Below the pieces are notes generated by a model. The model saw only the letters and a program-made list of their open reading frames with translations. It searched no databases and was not told the origin of the DNA. The translations under genes were made by a program, and so were the position numbers. From Iphione sp. A-MEVVRFRX5 (lineage: Eukaryota), in assembly GCA_976226885.1 (NCBI GenBank), contig OZ320313.1, positions 105,834,001 to 105,898,000 of the forward strand: DNA of 64,000 bases, written 5' to 3'. Shown here one piece after another: positions 56,501 to 64,000 of the stretch. Positions within the stretch are counted from its first letter, which is position 1. Every line of letters begins with the position of its first letter.

Positions 56501-59500
56501 ATATTAGAAACCCCTCTAATGTTACCTCTGGAGGGACCGGCCAACTCTGCCCTTAATAGCGAGTTGCCCCCTTTAGAACACTGCTATTCTTGTAAATTAT
56601 ATAGCACTGGAACTGGAAAAATTGCCATGAATTCTGAGTTGCCCTCCCCGTTGCGGTGCGTGCAGGGTGAGTTGCTACTCTATACAAGATATTTACCCCA
56701 CATAATTCCATCTACGTAGACACAACGTCCCTTTTCTCTTACTATGGCTAGAATAGATCAACATGTGACTTCTTCGTGTCATTTAATAAAAAAATGACAC
56801 CTCTGAAAATCTTTTCAGTTAGGTACAGGAGTCTTGTTTGACTGCCACATCCTATGGAATACACATTATATTTTAATTTCTCTAAGATTATTCAATGCGG
56901 GATTCTCAAACGCCCAGATTTAAAAATAATGCAAATTTGTCATTTGGGTTTCAATACAGTACATATCTTCATATCTAATATTTATGTATATATAGTGGGT
57001 ATTTTTCGGATTTTCGTCTTTTTGTTTATGCTTACCTTGTAGCGAAAGTCGAGGAAGCGGCACCAGAAGTAGTGCAGGATCTTAAGCACCTCGATATGCA
57101 AATGGATCACCATGGGCAGGTGGTGGTGGTGCTGGTACTGCTGGTCGGTATTGACCCCCATGGACATAGCGTTCGTCTCACCTCAAAGACCCTTCCCTCC
57201 CAATTCAAATTATACAAAGCCAACCCCCACCACTGTCACCACCACCAACGCCCCCAACGGCCGCTCCTCTCGCAGCTGCTTGAGCACAGCAGCGCACCTA
57301 GTATAATGGCTTTGAGTTGCTCTTTCCCTGGTGTGAGCTACCCGCCCGTGACAGAAGCGGCGGCGAAGGGAGGGAGGTTGGGGCGAACCTGGTGGAGTTC
57401 AGGTGAACTGCGTTGAAGACGGTTGGTGCCACTCTCTCCGGCTGAGGGTGTGGATGTGTGGAGTAGCTGCTCGGGCCGGTCAACGACGTGGAGGTAATCC
57501 ATGCTGACAAGACGGCGATCAGTCTGTGACAAACAGCACGAACTGGCCACCTCGGCACACGCGGCTCATGGTTGACCTTAGTAGATGGCTATAACGGTGT
57601 TGGCTGGCGCTGGTGCTGGATGCTGGATGCTGGTGGTGGGCGGTGGTGGGTGGTGGTGGATGCAGCACGCATTATCTCCTCCCTCGCATTGGCAGCCAGC
57701 TTGTTTACTAAATCACCTTCGAGACCAATCTACATATGTCAGTCACACCGCGTTTCCAGGGTTAGACCTCTTTATTGCAATCTTAAGAGGCGTCGGGCAC
57801 CAACATAAGGCTGACTCCGCTATCAACAGGTGTCCCAACGTCGGAAACTGGCAGGTAACAACCACCTCCAAGTGCAATCTCATCTGGCAGTTTCAACCAA
57901 GCAGCGCGCCTCTGTATCAATCATGAAGGACTGTCGGCAGGTGGGAGGGGACTGGTGTCTGCTGCTGGCGCTCACTTTGGTAGTAGTTGTAGAATTAGTT
58001 TGTAGCAGCAGTAGTAGAGGTGCTCGCGCCTAGCGGGCCGTGTGCTCACTGCCGATCGTGCTACTAGCTACCCCAGACGTGATCGTCTTCGTCAGACGGC
58101 CGACTCAAAGCCACAGGTGGGCCAGCAGCAGAGGCCGGAGCCCTGTCTGTCTACCTCCGGGCGGCGGCGGGAGGAGGAGGAGCGGGCGGGCCACGGGTGG
58201 GCAGGTGGTCCGGCCGGGAGGCTGACGCTCTGTCGGTCAGACGGTCGGTGGGCAACTGAGGCTGTCCATCTCGACCAGATGAAGCCAAGACCATCCCAGC
58301 TGATTCCCCCCCCCCCAAGGTCTTCTGCAACTCCTCTTTTCGCCGTTGCCGCCGCCGCCGCCGCCACCTCGTCCCACACACAACTCTAATTATACCCGTC
58401 ACAACACGACGCCGACTAAAACAAGTGGGCCGCCGGCCTTTGAGTCAGCCTAATGAGTGGCTCATTAAGTGAGCCACGGCAAATGTCAGAGGTACTGCTC
58501 ATAGGCTGGTCCGTTCAGATCTGAGGACCGGCCGCTTGGCCTCTGGGCCTTAATTAATAACAACACACGGATATGTGGAGCTAAACGCCGGACACTGATT
58601 TATAGGTGCATCCTCCTCCGACGTATAGCGCAGCATCAGGTGTACGCTACTTCTAATGGTGGCGTAGTTAGCCTATTAACACCCCTCCTAGCCTGACGCT
58701 TATTTTCATGGGAGTGCATATTTCGCGCGTGACTCACAACGCGATCATAGCCGCAGCACCTAAACCATAGCGAAATACAAGTCCAAATGAACTCTTGAGG
58801 GTAGATCAGCAGGCGACAGACATGCAGCGATAGTTGATGTAGTTAGCAAAGTTTCTATCTGGAGATGCGCATTTTTTTCTTCTCGCGAAGTTCATCATTT
58901 CTCCCGTGCCTGCTTCCCTCCCAACTGCCAAAGCAGCTTCCTCCGGCTTTCAGTCTACAGCTGGGTGGAGTTGGAGGAAGAGAAGGAGGAGCAGGAGGGG
59001 AACAGAGAGCGACGGGTTGTGCCAGAGTTAGAGACTGCCGTCTGAATGTCACATGTTGAGCGTATCACATGAAAAGCTCTAGCGCCTTGGCTGACGACAT
59101 GAAGAGCTGCTCATTTCTCCGAACTGAAACATCCGTGGGCAATTAACTGCAAGTACTCGGCATTCAACCTGCGGCGACTGTCTCGGCAAAACACGGTTAG
59201 CAACGGCTAGCCGGGACAACTTGACCGGTTCGCGAGAGGAAAAATATTTGAAAATTAATAATGTCACATTGTGAGGCCAGCAAAAAGGCGCTAGGGGTCC
59301 TGGATGTGTATGTTGGTCCCAAAGCGAAGAAGGTAATTTGCTCATATGATCCATTTTCTTTGGCTGTCTCCTGCTGGTGGCATTGCATGCATTCCTGAAA
59401 TAGCCAATTGCATATGTGCGCTGGAGACGCCTACTTCCACCAATTGGCTAATGTTTGCTGAATTATTCAGTGTAGAAGACTAGGGCCATTGTACTTATAC

Positions 59501-62453
59501 AGATATTCGTGTAGGCTGTTTCCATTCAGCGAGAAACTACATCCACATGACAATCTGGTGTAACACAACACCAATCTCGACCTTTTTTGAGTCCAATATA
59601 AAATATATTTGCTACAGGAACTCCTGTATACAATATTTGTAAGTAAATACAGGGGGTCAACGGATGTGAAGTCATTCATTAAGATAAGGCAAGAGCTGGT
59701 GTTGTGCTGCCCTTTGAATTATACCCAAGAGGATTGTAAACCCAACCAGAAGTATCTATGTCTATACACGATATGCAAAGCTAACTCAATATACCAGCGT
59801 CCCGTTGCGTTATACCGAACGGGAATAATCCATGCCTTGTTACAGATTCGCGGAGATAGATGAAGTCATAAGTCATCAGGGAGACTACGTAATATACAGA
59901 GAGTCTCCCGCCTCTGTGACATACTGTCCAGGATTACCTAACAGGAATACGCGACAGAGAAAGAAAGAGAGTCGGGAGAGAGATTGAGAGAGAAAAGGAT
60001 GGAGAGCAGAAGGATAGATTCATTTGGTCAAGAGATCTTTGACGTGGCTTTTGACGAATCAAACACAGATCCATTGTGTTTTATGTACGCAAGAGGAGTA
60101 TCCATCTCCTACAGTTGGTCCATTCTGCAATAGACCAAGATCCCAGCGGAGGGAAATTCAATTTCTTCTAAGGTGCATTGATGCGGGAAAGGTTCCGATC
60201 AAAACCTATTCCAGGCATAGCACTAGGACTCAAATCGAAAAATCCAGCACTAAGTGACACCAACTAAACTCACACAGACCCTAACGAGTGACCTACGACG
60301 AAACTCACAATTTATCATTTAAAATAGAACCCTGGACCTTCGGTATGAGAAGCCAATATCTAACCATCTGAGCTATAGAGGAAATCACTCTATCCTAAGA
60401 GCTAGAGGATGGCCTCAGACTCCATTTAGTTAACATATTAACATATTAACCCGGTCTGTAGACCTGCCTTCGGCTGAAGTTCCTTAGTCATGTTTTCGTG
60501 GCCGTATTTTTGTGATTTCTTTGGGAACAACGGGGTAGTTTTGCTGTTCTTTGGCCGAATATCCATGAAATTCATTATTTTTTCAGCCGAGTTACTGTGA
60601 AAAGAGGCCAAAATGGATGTAAAAATACCTCCATAAAAATACCATTGTCACAACATACTTCTAAGGAAATTCAGCCTTATTTGTGACATGCAGTTGCTCT
60701 GCAGCAAATCTGTACGTGTAAACCTACTCTAAAGACTAGCCTTAATTACCCTTTCGAATCTATAATAGATATAAAGCTGTTGACAGCTAGTACCTAATGG
60801 CTTAAATATAGGCAGTAGTTCTTTCATTACGATTGAACGAGTTTCACCAATGAAGTGAACATGACATAAAAAAATAAATCTGAAAGAAAAAAGGACTAGA
60901 GGCCAAACTAATCGATGGCCCTATCATTAGTGTCGCTTATCCATAATGAAACTGTGATTGCTCATTTGGCAACAAGACAGTAATGATGGTTTACAGAAGC
61001 AATGTGGATCCTATAAAACTCGTGCGGACATATGTGTTGGGGAGACAGGTAGGGAACTGTTTGGGTGAAATGATTTCAGTTAAAAATGTCATTCCATGCA
61101 TCTCCTGAGGTTTCAACTGTAGACATACTAAATCCTCTAAAGGGAGAAATACTTTTTGAAAAGCAAGTGAAGAATTTTTTTTTCAGATACTGAAACGATA
61201 TAGAACAGATACAGGACGGCGACAGACCCGAAAAAAAACACACACGGGTATTCTTTACCAGTCATCATTTGTGAAATTTCAACGTGTGCGTTAGCAGCTG
61301 AATTTAGCTGTATACCTTTGATCACCCAGTAAATTGCGAATTCGTGTAAAACGTATGCATCTGTACACATAGGTATATGTTACATATGCTTCTGTATATC
61401 TGACTGATGCCATGGGGAGGAAATGTTGAGAAACAAATCTGCGACCGGTGTATAAAGTTTAGTCTACAACTGACCTGATCGAAGTCTTGTAAACGTTTCT
61501 GGAGGTCCGAGTTCTGTACTGTTAGCTGCGTGTTCTTGACGATGACATCTTGTAGCTCCGTCTCCTGAAACCATCAACCCAAGATACTGAGAGGAGGATA
61601 AGAAAACTCCAATCACACCTAAATGCTCTCGCTTAACTAGTTGACAACTACGACGAAAATATCCATCCTCAATAATATCTATAGAAGAAAGGCCTTAGAA
61701 GTTCCGAGCTGTACGGCCTAGTGGTTGCAATAGGCTGATGAAGCCACGTTATAGGGAAAGGGTCTCTCCCACGGGGTACATCTCGTGGCAGTCAATTGAT
61801 CGTATGAACACGCAGGTTGACTTCAAAGGAAGTAGACATCATTAAGACGTCCCTCTACAGGTAAAGAAAATGCTTGGTCTTCCAGTGGGTGGGCGAAGTC
61901 CAGAGCAAATGTAGCTCTGTTCCATTTAATGACCGTTTTACGCTGATGTATTCGGGCTTACACTGTGTGTCGGTATTGGACAGTTGGGGCTGGGAAACTA
62001 AGCAGCAGATAAAATCATTGAAAAAAAACTGTATTTCACCGATGAAAGCAGATGCCATGGTGTATTCAGACACCAAACACGAAGACTCAATGAGGTCTCT
62101 ATTTGATTATGTGATATAAAAAGAACAGTGTTTCCCCATTAGGAAAAAGAGAGAAAAACATTACTGTGAATCAGCCTTTATCGTATAAAATAAAAGACTT
62201 GATGTTGCGATTAAGCCGTGACTAAGGGGGACATCATAAGGCTTATAGCTCTTTACAGTAAGTCTCATCAACGTTGCAGTTTTTATGGGCCAAAGGCCCG
62301 TAATGTTATAGAAGTACTCTTCTCTCGCCTCGTGTATACATATAATATAAATTATATAAGTGTACCTACCAAGCGACTGCACTGGAGGCGGGCGTCGTCA
62401 ATCTCCTTGTAGAGGGTCTCACACTCGATCTTCCTCTGTGTCACCTCGATCTC
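407..62453 (-). CDS. RIMBP2: RIMS-binding protein (RIMBP2/TSPOAP1-like), partial multi-exon CDS: join of 17 exons 62370-62453, 61475-61564, 32197-32319, 30468-30572, 25062-25112, 22472-22829, 21526-21759, 17191-17246, 14731-14919, 12987-13062, 9259-9396, 5940-6065, 4028-4221, 3333-3411, 2369-2530, 1001-1111, 407-583
   Basis: All exons have GT-AG boundaries, and intron phases match across every junction with no stop codons. The domain order (coiled coil, SH3, three FN3) and motifs ([53 protein letters not shown]; [11 protein letters not shown]) are diagnostic of the RIM-BP family. Exact paralog orthology is not resolvable by eye. Confidence 0.93.
1001..1111 (-). CDS. RIMBP2: RIM-BP exon, end of FN3-2 [37 protein letters not shown]
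   Basis: Acceptor aatctacacag, donor CAG|gttggt, phase 1-1. Confidence 0.88.
2042..2133. repeat. (CT)n / (CTCTGT)n microsatellite
   Basis: Directly visible. Confidence 0.95.
2369..2530 (-). CDS. RIMBP2: RIM-BP exon, FN3-2 ([38 protein letters not shown]...)
   Basis: Acceptor ttttcctcctcaaag, donor CGG|gtcagt. Matches N.T..SA...W.P.NSN..HVI..N. Confidence 0.92.
3333..3411 (-). CDS. RIMBP2: RIM-BP exon, end of FN3-1 [26 protein letters not shown]
   Basis: Acceptor cttttcatatag, donor AAG|gtagta. Resembles YRISV..VT.RG.SD...CTL..GK. Confidence 0.92.
3829..4016. mobile_element. Decayed TA-flanked MITE abutting the FN3-1 exon donor
   Basis: ta|CATGGAACTCCCCTTAGGAGACCACC ... GGTCCTCACTTGAGAGGTGATAG|ta, with GGTCT subrepeats as in the other copies. 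Confidence 0.4.
4028..4221 (-). CDS. RIMBP2: RIM-BP exon, FN3-1 ([22 protein letters not shown]...LLEGVSSTQ)
   Basis: Acceptor gtgctgcag, donor CAG|gtaata. Matches family motif P.P..L.L.RQL..SV.V.W...RTKAL.E. Confidence 0.93.
5443..5487. repeat. (GA)n microsatellite
   Basis: Directly visible. Confidence 0.95.
5940..6065 (-). CDS. RIMBP2: RIM-BP linker exon [42 protein letters not shown] (phase 1-1)
   Basis: Acceptor gtcctctttag, donor AAG|gtaagc. Acidic DL.DI.E.EEE patch preceding FN3-1. Confidence 0.85.
9259..9396 (-). CDS. RIMBP2: RIM-BP linker exon [14 protein letters not shown]...ERVADLS (phase 1-1)
   Basis: Acceptor ctttcccatcttgcag, donor CTG|gtagga, 138 bp. Confidence 0.8.
12987..13062 (-). 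CDS. RIMBP2: RIM-BP exon, C-terminal part of SH3-1 [25 protein letters not shown]
   Basis: Acceptor ctgttgtccag, donor CAG|gtgagc. Contains the canonical SH3 GLVPSNFV motif. Confidence 0.95.
14731..14919 (-). CDS. RIMBP2: RIM-BP exon, N-terminal part of SH3-1
   Basis: Acceptor tttcttcttcag, donor GAG|gtaaag. Encodes [41 protein letters not shown]. Confidence 0.95.
16062..16115 (+). repeat. Dispersed repeat, copy 1 (copy 2 at ~46888-46940)
   Basis: Shared core CCACCAGCCATTCAATCAAGTGG plus similar upstream AGGTC(T/A)ATG/TT. Confidence 0.6.
16744..16810 (-). mobile_element. Decayed tRNA-derived SINE head
   Basis: A-box-like TGAGCCAGTGG and B-box GGTTCAAATCC at tRNA-like spacing on the minus strand. 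Confidence 0.35.
17191..17246 (-). CDS. RIMBP2: RIM-BP small exon [19 protein letters not shown] (phase 1-0)
   Basis: Acceptor ctttctctgttgcag, donor CAG|gtaagt. The phase change is exactly what is needed to link the flanking exons. Confidence 0.8.
19373..19726. mobile_element. Non-autonomous MITE, Zator-like
   Basis: Imperfect TIRs (AGCCAAAACAAAAAAAATATGTGTATTTCTGGTCA versus the reverse complement of TGACCAGCAACACACCTTTATTTTTGGGGGGGCC), flanked on both sides by TAA. GG..CC ends with a TWA TSD are the Zator signature. Confidence 0.55.
20750..20890. repeat. Degenerate (CATGCA/CACATG)n tandem repeat
   Basis: Repeated ACATGCAC/GCATGT units. Confidence 0.7.
21041..21064 (+). mobile_element. Helitron/HINE-like 3' end
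   Basis: Palindrome GGCCCATGGGCC, 8 nt spacer, CTAG followed by a T run. Confidence 0.4.
21526..21759 (-). CDS. RIMBP2: RIM-BP acidic linker exon (A)[12 protein letters not shown]...[16 protein letters not shown] (phase 1-1)
   Basis: Tandem acceptor taccag/cag (start 21762 or 21759), donor AAAG|gtaaac. Phases fit both neighbours. Confidence 0.75.
22472..22829 (-). CDS. RIMBP2: RIM-BP exon [20 protein letters not shown]...HPGINTQ (phase 0-1), end of coiled coil plus Pro/Ala/Gly-rich linker
   Basis: Acceptor ctatcgttacag, donor AAG|gttagt, GC-rich, matches ORF 22467..22850. Confidence 0.88.
23440..23716 (+). mobile_element. Possible decayed non-LTR (RTE-like) 3' end with (GAA)n tail
   Basis: Coding-like stretch ending in a long (GAA)n run, a tail type known for RTE-clade elements. 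Peptide similarity is only weak. Confidence 0.25.
23672..23716. repeat. (GAA)n microsatellite
   Basis: Directly visible. Confidence 0.95.
24051..24078 (+). mobile_element. Helitron/HINE-like 3' end
   Basis: Perfect hairpin GCGGCCTA-(TAGACATG)-TAGGCCGC overlapping a terminal CTAG, followed by TTTT. Confidence 0.4.
25062..25112 (-). CDS. RIMBP2: RIM-BP small exon [17 protein letters not shown] (phase 0-0)
   Basis: Acceptor tttatttcag, donor CAG|gtaagt, 51 bp. Resembles vertebrate AQ.EAK(K/R)EHEGAV.LL. Confidence 0.9.
27773..27796. repeat. (TG)n microsatellite
   Basis: Directly visible. Confidence 0.9.
30468..30572 (-). CDS. RIMBP2: RIM-BP exon [35 protein letters not shown] (phase 0-0)
   Basis: Acceptor ccttccaaccag, donor CAG|gttagt. 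Resembles the RIMBP2 N-terminus MREAAERRQQLQLEH. Confidence 0.9.
32197..32319 (-). CDS. RIMBP2: RIM-BP exon [41 protein letters not shown] (phase 0-0)
   Basis: Acceptor ctatctgtttcag, donor CAG|gtaggt, 123 bp coiled coil. Confidence 0.9.
32494..32528. repeat. (AG)n microsatellite within a long purine tract (pyrimidine-rich on the sense strand)
   Basis: Directly visible. Confidence 0.9.
38543..38601. repeat. (CCT)n microsatellite
   Basis: About 19 units, directly visible. Confidence 0.95.
39131..39994. repeat. Degenerate triplet (CAG/TAG then CTG/CTA) region forming an imperfect inverted repeat
   Basis: Perfect 19-bp inverted match 39131-39149 / 39976-39994, with further inner similarity. 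Triplet polarity flips near 39700-39760. Confidence 0.6.
46888..46940 (+). repeat. Dispersed repeat, copy 2
   Basis: CCACCAGCCATTCAATCAAGTGG is identical to the copy at ~16086. Confidence 0.6.
49695..49903. mobile_element. TA-flanked MITE relic, with an internal 17-bp direct duplication (GTATTCGGAACTATCAA x2)
   Basis: ta|CAGTGAACTGTCGCTTAGAGGACC ... GGTCTCTAACTAAGAGGCGAATG|ta. Confidence 0.45.
54754..55170. mobile_element. TA-flanked Tc1/mariner(pogo)-type MITE
   Basis: ta|CAGTTAACACTCAC ... GCGAGGTTCAACTG|ta ends with internal GACCA/ACCAC subrepeats. Confidence 0.6.
56114..56295. mobile_element. TA-flanked MITE, same superfamily
   Basis: ta|CGGTGGAATCTCTCATT ... ATAAGTGAGATTATACTT|ta imperfect TIRs with internal GGACA motifs. 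Confidence 0.5.
56500..56682. mobile_element. Decayed MITE-like element
   Basis: AAACCCCTCTAAT start, repeated GAGTTGCCC motifs, GAGTTGCTACTC|ta end. Confidence 0.3.
57036..57167 (-). CDS. Candidate alternative first coding exon [44 protein letters not shown]
   Basis: ATG to a strong phase-0 donor AAG|gtaagc (44 codons), downstream of a ~1.3-kb GC-rich UTR/promoter-like island. Confidence 0.6.
57168..58800 (-). promoter_or_regulatory. GC/CpG-rich island, putative internal promoter and 5' UTR
   Basis: CpG-rich, low-complexity GCC/GGT tracts, AP-1-like TGAGTCA (58441) and TGACTCA (~58729), directly upstream of the candidate first exon. Confidence 0.45.
60322..60381 (-). mobile_element. tRNA(Lys)-derived SINE head / tRNA pseudogene fragment
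   Basis: Minus strand CTCTATAGCTCAGATGGTTAGA...GAAGGTCCAGGGTTC resembles tRNA-Lys(UUU) GATAGCTCAG..GGTAGA...GAGGGTCCAGGGTTC. The 3' acceptor/T-arm end is missing, so it is not a functional tRNA. Confidence 0.5.
61475..61564 (-). CDS. RIMBP2: RIM-BP exon, coiled coil [30 protein letters not shown] (phase 0-0)
   Basis: Acceptor ggtttcag, donor CAG|gtcagt, 90 bp, heptad pattern. Same length as the corresponding RIMBP1 segment as I recall it. Confidence 0.85.
62370..62453 (-). CDS. RIMBP2: RIM-BP exon, coiled coil [28 protein letters not shown] (phase 0-0)
   Basis: Acceptor ttgttacttctcgcag, donor TTG|gtaggt, 84 bp. Resembles the TSPOAP1/RIMBP1 segment E.EL..KRKKCESLEQE....QRRCEEL (recalled, not searched). 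Confidence 0.85.
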
Positions 62454-63792
62454 CTGCGAGAAGTAACAAGAGGCGACAGGGCGCCGGCTTTACTGGCAGC
62501 TACAAAGGACCCCGCCACCGTAAACGTTACTACAGCGGCCAACGTACTCGCTGACAGGCTACACAGACCTACTGCTGCTCATCTGAGAATTACCCCTCAA
62601 TCTCCTCCTCCCCTTTAAGAGAGCGTGGCTGTACATAGCGGTGGACTATTTTAAAAAGTATTTCAGAAGACCTGGAGTGCACATACCAATATGTCTACCT
62701 GAGAAGACCGTTTAGTAAAATATATGCATAGACAGCGTTGCAATCCTTTATGTATACTACATCATGAAGTGAATAAACCAATCTTGTATGATGTATCTGT
62801 GTAAACTGTTATCGTAAGATTCTACAAGCGCATGTGTATCAAATGTTTTTAAAGCTCGTCGTGTGTAAAATATATTTGCCATGTAACTTCAAAACTTCTT
62901 CATGTACACTGATCGACCAGTGCTACAAAACTCCATGTGTCATCACCTCCTTGCAAGCCCGGGAGTCTTGAACGTCTCCCTACTGAAATATGTGCAGTGC
63001 TCTGTTCCATTAAAGGCTTCCTCGATGAAGTATACATGTGCACTATAATACCGGGTTGCAAATCTACAACGCCAAGTTAAATGGCCCACCAATAGGATAC
63101 ATGGACTACCTGTATGTAGAATCCCTGCTGCATGTCCTCACATGAGGCTGACATTCGGTAAAAGCATAGGGCTGCGTTTTTAATACTACCCCACCCACCA
63201 CCACTAGTCCACATCAACACTAGTTCAGCCTCTTCCAAAAGGAACTCAAGGAGCTCGGATCTCTTTCTCCATCGTAACTAGCTCGTCAACAGAGCCCACC
63301 CCACCCATCCCCCTACCCAACGTGTGGGCGCTTTCTGCCCCACAATGGTATACTGCCATGGGTAGATACCAGGCTGCGAGCCGTCCCCCAATGCTACCCC
63401 ACTTTTCAACATCATCTGGTGTAGTTCCTGTCATGTGCAGTGACCGATTGGCACGAGCCGTCGTCGGAGGCGGCCCTTAACCGATGGCCCGAGCGACAAG
63501 GTTTTTGTTAGGAAGAGAAAAGGGGTTGAAGTGGGTGTAAGGGTTGGTCTGTGTAGTGCTGGTAGAGGTGGTCGGTGAGCAGAAGTAAGGTCTGAATACT
63601 GAGGTGGTTTTAAGTGTGGGCGGTAGGGATGGCTGCTGTCTGTATAGAGGGGCATTGTGTTAATTTGGAGAGGACCAGTCGACGCAAGCATAGCAGTTTT
63701 AGTGGTGGTAAGGATAAGTTGATTCTTACGTTCACAGATCCCCTCATCATCACCAGATTGTCTTAACGCAAGAACTAGCCGTTACAAAGATA

Positions 63793-63927
63793 CGGTGGAT
63801 ACCCGCTTAAAGACCAAATCACAATGGGGACCAAACTGGGGGAAAGACTAATATTTCTAAGACGAAATCGTGGGAGAGACCAAAATCGACCCGTCCCAAG
63901 CACCGTTTCTTGAGCGAGTTTCAATTG
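63793..63927. mobile_element. TA-flanked MITE, same superfamily
   Basis: ta|CGGTGGATACCCGCTTAAAGACC ... CTTGAGCGAGTTTCAATTG|ta imperfect TIRs, GACCAAA subrepeats. Confidence 0.55.
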
Positions 63928-64000
63928 TATATTGATAATCTATTCAATTTCGGTATTTACGATCTTAAAAATAAACCTGCTTCAACGGCTCAAAGAGAAA

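Larger units (their letters stand above)
32320..61474 (-). other. 29,155-bp phase-0 intron of the RIM-BP gene
   Basis: The flanking exons join as ...FDQ|VSEEC..., colinear with RIMBP1 ...EKEQ|VEWEN... (recalled), so no constitutive exon is needed in between. Confidence 0.75.

Noticed and set aside
1-64000. CRISPR array, rRNA, intact tRNA or intact transposase/RT ORF
   Set aside because: No regularly spaced repeats, no rRNA-like or complete cloverleaf sequence, and no ORF longer than 183 aa.

Overview
Eukaryotic (metazoan) genomic DNA. A marine invertebrate such as a lancelet is my inference, from the exon structure, the MITE types and abundant TACATGTA octamers. The whole window lies inside one minus-strand, multi-exon gene for a RIMS-binding protein (RIMBP2/TSPOAP1/fly Rbp family, presynaptic active-zone scaffold). 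I could stitch 17 GT-AG exons in frame from 62453 down to 407. They encode an N-terminal coiled coil, a Pro/Ala/Gly-rich and acidic linker, SH3-1 and three FN3 repeats; both gene ends lie outside the window. The most notable structure is a 29-kb phase-0 intron (32320-61474). It holds several GC-rich promoter-like islands with ATG-initiated ORFs ending at phase-0 donors (candidate alternative first exons), a strong orphan acceptor with an AG|GT recursive-site signature, and a degenerate ~860-bp fold-back. It ends at an exon that itself begins with a donor consensus (CAG|GTGAGC). Introns also carry TA-flanked MITEs, a Zator-like MITE, Helitron-like 3' ends, tRNA-derived SINE heads, microsatellites and a degenerate hammerhead-like core. 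No CRISPR, rRNA or intact transposase was seen.
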